This document shows, one piece after another, positions 56,872 to 64,000 of a DNA stretch of 64,000 nucleotides; the first letter of the stretch is position 1, and each line of letters starts with the position of its first letter. The stretch comes from an uncultured Comamonadaceae bacterium (GTDB taxonomy: Bacteria; Pseudomonadota; Gammaproteobacteria; Burkholderiales; Burkholderiaceae_C), in contig CBHWBD010000003.1 of assembly GCA_966111775.1 (NCBI GenBank), positions 2,300-66,299 of the forward strand. Reading direction: 5' to 3'. The notes beneath the pieces are model-generated. The model made no database searches, was not told the origin of the DNA, and worked only from the letters and a program-made list of their open reading frames with translations. Made by a program: the position numbers and the translations under genes.

Positions 56872-58820
56872 CGCGGCGGGACCAGGAAGCTCAACGGCGC
56901 CCGACGCAGCCTGGCGCGGATGGCCGCATAGACCCGCCTGCGGTCCGCCAGGCGCACGCCGCGCGAACGCATGGCCACCTTGAAGGCGCAGAAGAAGCTG
57001 ACGCCGACGTTGAGCACGCCGATGCCGGCGATGCACAGCACGCAGGACCAGAAGGCCCAGGTCGCCATGACGCCGACGCCCAGAGCCCCCACAGCGGCCG
57101 CGAGCTGGCCGGTGGACAGGGTCACATGGCGCACCTCGATGCCAAGACCGAAGAAGCCGAACAGCGCCGGCACCAGGCCCAGCATCAGGCCCAGGCTGGT
57201 ATTGGCCGTGAGCCCGGAAATATTGGCTCGCCACCAGCGCGACCAGCGCTGGGCGCGCGCCGAGCCCAGCGTCGCGACGATGCGCGGGTTCCAGGCAATG
57301 GCGCTGTCCAGGCGGTGGAAGACGAACCAGTTCTCCACCCAGCCGGCGATGAGGCTGGACGCGAACAGCAGCGTGCCGGTGAAGGCGGCGAACAGCAGCG
57401 AGGGACCGAACAGGCTCAACGACTTCAGCACGTAGAGGGCATCCTTCTGGCCCACCAGCGGCGCGCCGAAGGCCAGCCAGCACAGGCCCTGCACGGCCAG
57501 CACCAGCGGCGCGGCGAGCGCGAGGTTGCCGACCACCCCGGCCACCTGGGAGCGCACGAGATGCGTCACCTCGTCGACAAAGCCTTCCAGGCCCTCGTCG
57601 CGGTCGATGTGCTGCAGCTTGTCGGCCATGGCCGGTGCCGTCATGGCGGGCTGCTTGGTGGCCACCGTCCAGTGCAGCAGATGGATGAGGACGAAGCTGG
57701 CGGCGTAGTTCACGCCGGCCCAGAAGCCGCCCCAGAAGGCCGTGAAGCCGAGCAGGGCGATGAGGAACTTGAGCAGCGTCGTGCCGGCAATGACGGCGCC
57801 GCCGCCGGCCGCACGCTTCAGCATGTCGCGGTACTCGTCGCGGCTGCGGGTGATGTAGTGCTCGCCGGTCTCGGCGCTGCGTTCGGCCACCTTGCGTGCC
57901 AGCAGCGAATAGTGGCGGGCAAACAGCATGCGCAGGCTGCGCCGCTCATGCACGACACGCACGAGGCCGGCCACCAGCCGCATCAACTCGCGCTGCGGCT
58001 CGGCCGATACCAGGCAGGCCAGCAGGGCCTCGATGCGGTCCAGTCGCGCCGTCAGCTGCTCGACCGAGAACATCAGGTCCACCGACACGCCATGCGCTTC
58101 CAGATGCTCCGGCACGGTCAGCGTGGCGGCGCGGCAGCGGTCCAGCAGCGCGTGCAGGTACTGCATGGCCGGCGCCAGCACGTCCTCCTCGCGCTGCTGA
58201 AGGGCGCGCTCCACGGCTTCCCAAGCGGTGGGCAACTGGTGGAAGGGCCTGTCCTGCAGCAGCAGCTCGTCCATGCGCACGCGCAAGGGGCCGGACAGGC
58301 CGGCTGCATGCACGCTGCTGACCAGCACCGTGACGGCCGAGCGCATCTCCACCCGCCAGCCGCCATCGGGCGCGGCGGCGAACAGCAGGCCCAGCCGCGC
58401 CAGCAGCTCGTCGTCGATGGCGCTGATCCAGTCCTCGTCAGCTTCATCGCCGAACAGCAGTTCGAACAGCGCGGCCAGGTCGCGCGTGTCGGCGCTGGCG
58501 GGCAGCACGCGGCGGCGCCGGCGCGCCAGGAACTCGTGCCAAAGCGCCGCGCGCGGCGCGAAGCCCACCTCGGCGAACAGGCTAACCGCATCCACCTCGC
58601 TCCACACGCCGGCGATGACGCCCGCGAAGTTGTAGGCATGCTCGGGGTGGCGCTCCAGCACATTGAGCAGGTGCTTGAGCCTGACGAGGGGTCGGGGCGT
58701 GCCCTCCTCGCGCGGCGCATGCCGCAGCCATTCCAGCAGGCGTACCAGCCACAGGTTGCGCTCAGCAAGCGTGGCCTGCGGGTCGGCCGCGTTCAGCAGG
58801 GCGGTGAGATCCCAGATCAA
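56868..58820 (-). CDS. Gcr-family multi-TM protein (often annotated 'site-specific recombinase')
   Basis: HGVSVDL, ETGEHYITR, ATKQPAMTA, RHVTLSTG. Confidence 0.85.
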   Translation of the reverse strand: MIWDLTALLNAADPQATLAERNLWLVRLLEWLRHAPREEGTPRPLVRLKHLLNVLERHPEHAYNFAGVIAGVWSEVDAVSLFAEVGFAPRAALWHEFLARRRRRVLPASADTRDLAALFELLFGDEADEDWISAIDDELLARLGLLFAAAPDGGWRVEMRSAVTVLVSSVHAAGLSGPLRVRMDELLLQDRPFHQLPTAWEAVERALQQREEDVLAPAMQYLHALLDRCRAATLTVPEHLEAHGVSVDLMFSVEQLTARLDRIEALLACLVSAEPQRELMRLVAGLVRVVHERRSLRMLFARHYSLLARKVAERSAETGEHYITRSRDEYRDMLKRAAGGGAVIAGTTLLKFLIALLGFTAFWGGFWAGVNYAASFVLIHLLHWTVATKQPAMTAPAMADKLQHIDRDEGLEGFVDEVTHLVRSQVAGVVGNLALAAPLVLAVQGLCWLAFGAPLVGQKDALYVLKSLSLFGPSLLFAAFTGTLLFASSLIAGWVENWFVFHRLDSAIAWNPRIVATLGSARAQRWSRWWRANISGLTANTSLGLMLGLVPALFGFFGLGIEVRHVTLSTGQLAAAVGALGVGVMATWAFWSCVLCIAGIGVLNVGVSFFCAFKVAMRSRGVRLADRRRVYAAIRARLRRAPLSFLVPPR

Positions 58821-59191
58821 TGCAAGGACGCGCTATCCGCCAGCAGGAACTCGGCGACGTCGGTGTGGAAGACCTCGCAGGCCTCGGTCACGCACAGGAA
58901 GCGGCCGCGCATCGTGCCTTGCGGCGTGCTGATCTGGGCCCAGGAGCTGTACTGGAAGGTCTGGCCGGGCGCCAGCACCGGCTGGTGGCCGACGACGGCC
59001 AGGCCGTCGACGACCTGAACCTGGCCGCGCGCATCGGTGATCTCCCAATGCCGACCGATCAGCTGCGCCAGCACGTCGCCGCTGTTCTCGATGGTGATGG
59101 TGTAGCTGAAGGCGTACAGGCCTTGCTCGAGATGGGTCTGCTCGGGCAGGGCCTGGACGGTGACGCTGCAACTGAAACGGGGGTTGGCCAT
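58817..59191 (-). CDS. apaG: ApaG
   Basis: FSYTITI.N, QLIGRHW.ITD, VVGHQP, FQYSS. Confidence 0.92.
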   Translation of the reverse strand: MANPRFSCSVTVQALPEQTHLEQGLYAFSYTITIENSGDVLAQLIGRHWEITDARGQVQVVDGLAVVGHQPVLAPGQTFQYSSWAQISTPQGTMRGRFLCVTEACEVFHTDVAEFLLADSASLH

Positions 59192-59206
59192 CAGGTGATT
59201 GTCGGC

Positions 59207-59365
59207 GGAAGCGCTGGACAGGTCCTCGCGAGTGTGCGCGCCCGGATGCGGGATGCAGCGCCAGGCGCAACCACAGCCATGGCTCAGGCCATGGCGCGGA
59301 TTGCAACGCCGCGATGCGCCCGCAGGCGGGATGCGCGCGCCGCGAAGGACTTGTTCGGCGCTTCC
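59207..59365 (+). ncRNA. Candidate long-hairpin ncRNA or degenerate inverted-repeat element
   Basis: 20-bp closing stem and further stems, with mismatches forming G-U pairs on the + strand. Confidence 0.45.
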
Positions 59366-59410
59366 CTGGGGCTATGCTCGCCGCATGTTCGTCGGGATGC
59401 GTGATCCTAA

Positions 59411-60157
59411 GTGCTGCGCTGGTTCTGCCTGCTGAGCGCGCTGCTGAGCCTGGCGGCGCCGGCCCAGGAGCTGACGCTGCGCACGGTGCAGCAGGCCAGC
59501 TCGACCGTCAAGTACGACCCGGACGGCAGCCCGCTCAAGCCCGGGCTCTGCCTGGAGATCCTGCGCGCCGTCGAACGCCAGGACCCGGGCCTGCATTTCA
59601 CCGGCCTGGACCAGCAGGTGCCGCTCAAGCGCGTCGAGCGCCTGCTGGCCGACGGCCTGGTCGACGCCTTCTTCTGCCTGCTGAAGTCGCCCGAGCGCGA
59701 GAAGCAGTGGCGCTACGTTCCCGTGCCGCTGTACACCATCCGCCATGTCGTCGTGCAGCGCGCCGACGACCCGCGCAACCCCGATTCCCTGGCCGACCTG
59801 GCCGCCCTGAGCCGCCACAAGCCGGTGCTGGTCATGCGGGGCACGGCGGTGGCGCGTCGGCTGATCGCGGCCCATGTGACGGTGGCCGAGGTCGGCTCCG
59901 AGCGCGAGGCCCTGCAGATGCTGGCCCTGGGCCGGGCCGATGCCATCTATGGCCAGGACATCAACCTGCAGCACCATGTGCTTGAAAGCAAGTTCGGCGA
60001 CAAGCTGAAGATAGGACGCACCGCCTTCCTGGAGGAGCCGCAGTTCCTCGCGCTGCGGGCCGACCTGCCCGCTGCCTACGAGGAGCGTCTGACACAGGCA
60101 CTGCGCAAGCTGGAGAAGGACGGCACGCTGCGCCAGTTGGCCGAAAAGTACCGTTAG
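59411..60157 (+). CDS. Substrate-binding periplasmic protein (family 3-like)
   Basis: Signal peptide, GLCLEIL, LKSPERE, LALGRAD, L.KLEKDG; paralogous to 36303-37067. Confidence 0.8.
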   Translation: MLRWFCLLSALLSLAAPAQELTLRTVQQASSTVKYDPDGSPLKPGLCLEILRAVERQDPGLHFTGLDQQVPLKRVERLLADGLVDAFFCLLKSPEREKQWRYVPVPLYTIRHVVVQRADDPRNPDSLADLAALSRHKPVLVMRGTAVARRLIAAHVTVAEVGSEREALQMLALGRADAIYGQDINLQHHVLESKFGDKLKIGRTAFLEEPQFLALRADLPAAYEERLTQALRKLEKDGTLRQLAEKYR

Positions 60158-60293
60158 CCCCTCGCCCAGCCTTGCACGGCTGCACGCCGGCAAGTCTGGT
60201 CGGTCCCCCGAGGGGACGGCGATGCTTGCGGCATCGAGCCGCAAGCACATCGCCCAAGCGGGCCGGCTCGGGAGCGGCCCAGCGCTCGGCCCG
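60157..60293. repeat. Structured dispersed repeat, copy C (long form)
   Basis: Highly similar to 30542-30674 with compensatory stem changes. Confidence 0.85.
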
Positions 60294-60360
60294 AAAGATC
60301 AGCTGACACGCCGTGGCCTAGCTGAATGGACACTCAGCACATTGCAAGGAACGCTTCCCC

Positions 60361-60981
60361 ATGCCGCCCCGTCCGCTTTACCTGCCCCCCGACGGCCGCC
60401 CCCGCTGCGCCTGGTGCGCCGCCGCGCCCGGCGACGAGTTCTATCTGAAGTACCACGACGAGGAATGGGGCCGACCCGTGGCCGACGACTTTCGCCTGTT
60501 CGAGAAGCTCTGCCTCGAGGGTTTCCAGAGCGGCCTGTCATGGCGCACCATCCTGAACAAGCGCGAGGCCTTCCGTGCGGCCTTCGCAGGCTTCGACTAC
60601 AACAAGGTGGCCACGTTCGGCGAGAAGGACGTGAACCGCCTGCTGGCCGACGCCGGCATCGTGCGCCACCGCGGCAAGATCGAGGCGGCCATCCACAACG
60701 CCGGCCGCTGCGTGGAGCTGGTGGCCGCGGAAGGCTCGCTGGCCACCTATCTCTGGCGCTTCGAGCCACCCAAGAACTCGGTGGCCCACAACCTGGCCAC
60801 GTCAGAGCCTTCTGAAGCCCTGTCCAAGGATCTGAAGAAGCGCGGCTGGAAGTTCGTCGGCCCGACCACCATGCATGCGCTGATGCAGGCCATGGGCCTG
60901 ATCAACGACCACCAGCCCGGTTGCCACCACTGGAAGGAAGCGCAGCAGGCGCGAGACAGCTTCAAGAGACCGGGAACCTAG
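60361..60981 (+). CDS. tag: DNA-3-methyladenine glycosylase I
   Basis: [32 protein letters not shown]. Confidence 0.93.
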   Translation: MPPRPLYLPPDGRPRCAWCAAAPGDEFYLKYHDEEWGRPVADDFRLFEKLCLEGFQSGLSWRTILNKREAFRAAFAGFDYNKVATFGEKDVNRLLADAGIVRHRGKIEAAIHNAGRCVELVAAEGSLATYLWRFEPPKNSVAHNLATSEPSEALSKDLKKRGWKFVGPTTMHALMQAMGLINDHQPGCHHWKEAQQARDSFKRPGT

Positions 60982-60992
60982 AATCCCGGCCC

Positions 60993-61679
60993 ATGGCCGC
61001 CCCTCAATACCGCATCGCCCCCAGCATCCTGTCCGCCGACTTCGCCCGCCTGGGCGAGGAAGTGAAGAACGTGCTGGCCGCCGGCGCCGACTGGATCCAC
61101 TTCGACGTGATGGACAACCATTACGTGCCCAACCTGACCTTCGGCCCCATGATCTGCGAGGCCCTGCGCAAGCACGCGGTCAAGCCCGACGGCACGCCGG
61201 CCATCCTCGACGTGCACCTGATGGTGCAGCCGGTCGACAGCCTGGCGCTGGCCTTCTGCCGCGCCGGTGCCGACATGGTGACCTTCCACCCCGATGCCAG
61301 CACCCATGTGGACCGCACGCTGCAACTCATCAAGGGCGAAGGCAAGCAGGCCGGCCTGGTCTTCAACCCCGCCACGCCGCTGGACGTGCTGGAGTGGGTC
61401 ATCGACAAGGTCGACCTCATCATGCTGATGAGCGTGAACCCGGGCTTCGGCGGCCAGAGCTTCATCCCGTCGGCGCTGCAGAAACTGAAGAAGGTGCGCG
61501 AGATCATCGACGCCAGCGGTCGCGACATCCGCCTGGAGATCGACGGCGGCGTCAAGGTCGACAACATCCGCGAGATCGCTGCGGCAGGCGCCGACACTTT
61601 CGTCGCCGGCTCGGCCATCTTCGGCAAGCCGGACTACAAATCGGTCATCGACGCCATGCGTCAACAACTCACCGCCTGA
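60993..61679 (+). CDS. rpe: Ribulose-phosphate 3-epimerase
   Basis: [34 protein letters not shown]. Confidence 0.96.
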   Translation: MAAPQYRIAPSILSADFARLGEEVKNVLAAGADWIHFDVMDNHYVPNLTFGPMICEALRKHAVKPDGTPAILDVHLMVQPVDSLALAFCRAGADMVTFHPDASTHVDRTLQLIKGEGKQAGLVFNPATPLDVLEWVIDKVDLIMLMSVNPGFGGQSFIPSALQKLKKVREIIDASGRDIRLEIDGGVKVDNIREIAAAGADTFVAGSAIFGKPDYKSVIDAMRQQLTA

Positions 61680-61684
61680 ACGCC

Positions 61685-62158
61685 ATGGCCGCCGTCCTCC
61701 TCGTCTGCACCGCCAACATCTGCCGCTCGCCGATGGCCGAGGCCATCTTCAGGGCCAAGCTCGGCGATGTGTTCAAGACCATCGCCTCGGCCGGCGTGCA
61801 TGCCGACCCGCGTGGCGGCCCGGTGGACGCGCGTGCCGCGGCCGCGCTGGAGCGGCACAAATACAGCCTGGACCGCAAATGGCGCTCGCGCCGCCTCGAG
61901 CCCGAGCAGTTGGGCGAGTACGACCTGGTGCTGGCCATGGAGTCGGAGCATGTCGAATCGCTGCGCAAGAAGGCCGCGCCCGAACACCATGCCCGCATCC
62001 TGCTGCTGACCGACTTCGTGCCGGAGATGGCCGGCGAAGACATCCCCGACCCCTACTTCGGACCGGTCGCCGGCTTCGATGCTGTCATCGCAATGATCGA
62101 ACGCGCCGCCGGCAGCCTCCAAATGGCCGCCCGCGAGGGCCGGTTGAAGTTCAGCTGA
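61685..62158 (+). CDS. Low-molecular-weight protein tyrosine phosphatase
   Basis: VCTANICRS P-loop, SAG, DPY. Confidence 0.92.
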   Translation: MAAVLLVCTANICRSPMAEAIFRAKLGDVFKTIASAGVHADPRGGPVDARAAAALERHKYSLDRKWRSRRLEPEQLGEYDLVLAMESEHVESLRKKAAPEHHARILLLTDFVPEMAGEDIPDPYFGPVAGFDAVIAMIERAAGSLQMAAREGRLKFS

Positions 62159-64000
62159 TCACGCAGCCTTACTCGCGAATTCGGCGACCTCACGCACATC
62201 CGGCCCCGTGCCGCTGAAACGGTCCAGCGCCAGATAGATGACCGGCGTGATGTAGAGGGTCACGGCCTGGGACAGGATCAGGCCGCCCACCACGGCCAGG
62301 CCGAGTGGCTGGCGCAGTTCGGCACCCGCGCCCAGGCCCAGGGCGATGGGCAGCGCCCCCATCAGCGCGGCCAGCGTCGTCATCATGATGGGCCGGAAGC
62401 GCAGCTCGCAGGCCTCGCGGATGGCCTCGGCTGGCGTCAGGCCCTGGTTGCGCTGCGCATCCAGGGCGAAGTCGATCATCATGATCGCGTTCTTCTTGAC
62501 GATGCCGATCAGCATGACGATGCCGATGGTGGCGATGATGGTCAGCTCCATGCCGGCGAGCTGCAGCGTGATCAGCGCGCCCACCGCCGCCGACGGCAGG
62601 CCGGCCAGGATGGTGATGGGGTGGATATAGCTCTCGTAGAGCACGCCCAGCAGCACATAGATGACCGCCAGCGCCAGGCCGATCAGCAGCAGCTGGCCGC
62701 CCTGCGAGTCCTTGAACACCGCCGCGTCGCCGCCATAGCTGGTGATGACGCTGGCGGGCAGCTGGATCTCGCGGCCATAACCTTCAAGCGCCGCGGTGGC
62801 GTCGCCCAGCGGCACGTTGGGCGCGAGGTTGAAGCTGATGGTGATGGCCTGCAGCTGGCCCTGGTGGTTGACGGCCGTGGGCCCGAGGCCGCGCTGCACG
62901 GTGGCGAAGGCGCTCAGCGGCACCTGGGCGTTGTTGCGGCCGCGCAGATAGATCTTCTCGAAGGCGTCCTCGCTGGCGCGGTCAGGGTCGCTGGCCTCCA
63001 TGATGACCTGGTAGGTGTTGCTCTCGGCGTAGATGCTGGACACCTGGCGCTCGCCGAAGGCGTCGTAGAGGGCATTGCGCAGGTCGCCCATCTGCACGCC
63101 CAGCACCGACGCGCGCTCGCGGTCGATGACGAGATTGGCCTGCAGGCCGCGCAGCTGGGAGTCGCTGGTCACGTCGCGGAAGCGCTTGTCCTCGCGCAGC
63201 CTGTCCTGCAGCTTGACCGACCAGGAGTTCAGCTCGCCGGCCGACACCGATTGCAGGGTGTACTGGTAGCGGCTCTTGCTCTGGCGGCCGCCGAGCTGCA
63301 GGTTCTGCACCGGGCGCAGATAGACGGCGATGCCGGGCACGGTGCGCAGCTTCTTGCGCAGGCCTTCCAGCACCTGTGGCATGGCCGGGCGGTCCTTGCG
63401 GGGCTTGAGGTTGATGAAGAGGCGACCCGTGTTGGTGGCATTGCCACCGCCGCCGATGCCGGCCGACACGCTGGCCACCGCCGGGTCGTTCTGCACGATG
63501 GCCGCGACCTTCTCCTGCAGCAGCGTCATGGCCGTGAAGGAGATGTCCTCGGCGGCCTCGGTGCTGCCCTGGATCTGGCCGATGTCCTCCTCGGGGAAGA
63601 AGCCCTTGGGGATGCTCATGTAGAACCAGACCGTGGCCGCGAAGCTGACGACGGCCACGCCGATGACCCACCAGCGGTGGCGCAGCGCGACGTCCAGGCT
63701 GCGCGTGTAGCCGCCCAGCACCCAGTTGAAGCCCTGCTCGAAATGGCGGCCCAGCCAGCCTTCCTCGGTGTGCTCGTGATGCTTGAGCAGGCGGCTGCAC
63801 AGCATGGGCACCAGGGTCAGCGACACCACGGCCGAAACCAGGATGGACAGCGAGACGACGACGGCGAACTCGTGGAAGAGCAGGCCGATGACGCCCGGCA
63901 TGAAGAAGATCGGGATCAGCACCGCCACCAGCGAGATCGAGATCGACATGATGGTGAAGGCCATCTCGCGCGCGCCGCGTATCGACGCCTCGAAGGGCGC
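62159..64000 (-). CDS. RND efflux permease (MdtB/MdtC-like), 5' part outside window
   Basis: SLTLVPMLC, LYES..HP.TIL, GIVKKNAIMMIDFA, RFRPIMMTT. Confidence 0.93.
   Translation of the reverse strand, partial: APFEASIRGAREMAFTIMSISISLVAVLIPIFFMPGVIGLLFHEFAVVVSLSILVSAVVSLTLVPMLCSRLLKHHEHTEEGWLGRHFEQGFNWVLGGYTRSLDVALRHRWWVIGVAVVSFAATVWFYMSIPKGFFPEEDIGQIQGSTEAAEDISFTAMTLLQEKVAAIVQNDPAVASVSAGIGGGGNATNTGRLFINLKPRKDRPAMPQVLEGLRKKLRTVPGIAVYLRPVQNLQLGGRQSKSRYQYTLQSVSAGELNSWSVKLQDRLREDKRFRDVTSDSQLRGLQANLVIDRERASVLGVQMGDLRNALYDAFGERQVSSIYAESNTYQVIMEASDPDRASEDAFEKIYLRGRNNAQVPLSAFATVQRGLGPTAVNHQGQLQAITISFNLAPNVPLGDATAALEGYGREIQLPASVITSYGGDAAVFKDSQGGQLLLIGLALAVIYVLLGVLYESYIHPITILAGLPSAAVGALITLQLAGMELTIIATIGIVMLIGIVKKNAIMMIDFALDAQRNQGLTPAEAIREACELRFRPIMMTTLAALMGALPIALGLGAGAELRQPLGLAVVGGLILSQAVTLYITPVIYLALDRFSGTGPDVREVAEFASKAA

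Noticed and set aside
56868-58820. 'Site-specific recombinase' as evidence of a mobile element
   Set aside because: Multi-TM protein with no recognisable tyrosine or serine recombinase motifs, in a housekeeping apaG/mltA context; no att sites seen.
59207-59365. 6S RNA or SRP RNA identity for the long hairpin
   Set aside because: No clear central bubble or SRP loop motif, and not in the usual zapA/ygfA context; left unassigned.
59385-59435. Short out-of-frame ORF (MFVGMRDPKCCAGSAC) overlapping the solute-binding gene start
   Set aside because: Could be a uORF or frameshift, but the GTG start at 59411 already gives a plausible signal peptide and there is no further support.

Overview
GC-rich betaproteobacterial chromosome segment; gene content and synteny (apaG-'Gcr'-mltA, rpe, BTH_I0359/DUF3567, single-chain indolepyruvate oxidoreductase) suggest a Burkholderiales/Roseateles-like organism. 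It holds about 60 densely packed, mostly housekeeping or accessory genes: five c-di-GMP enzymes, a DsbD/redoxin pair, a deacetylase-Pat acetyltransferase pair, soxR-fpr, a LytTR two-component system, YceI/cytochrome b561, IOR/Lrp, mgsA, tag, rpe and an RND pump. I found no rRNA, tRNA, CRISPR array, transposase or phage genes. The most notable unexplained signals are: (i) a modular, covarying multi-hairpin repeat in three copies, one translated in frame in the N-terminus of a nucleoside hydrolase; (ii) a ~160-nt intergenic hairpin whose mismatches are + strand G-U pairs; (iii) a SoxR-type 19-bp-spacer promoter driving a questin-oxidase-like gene; (iv) a GNAT/acyl-synthase plus class V PLP enzyme fusion; (v) an FNR-like box ahead of the deacetylase-Pat operon; (vi) a small antisense membrane gene nested in an operon; and (vii) many apparently leaderless genes. 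Products were recognised by eye from motifs; no database searches were run.
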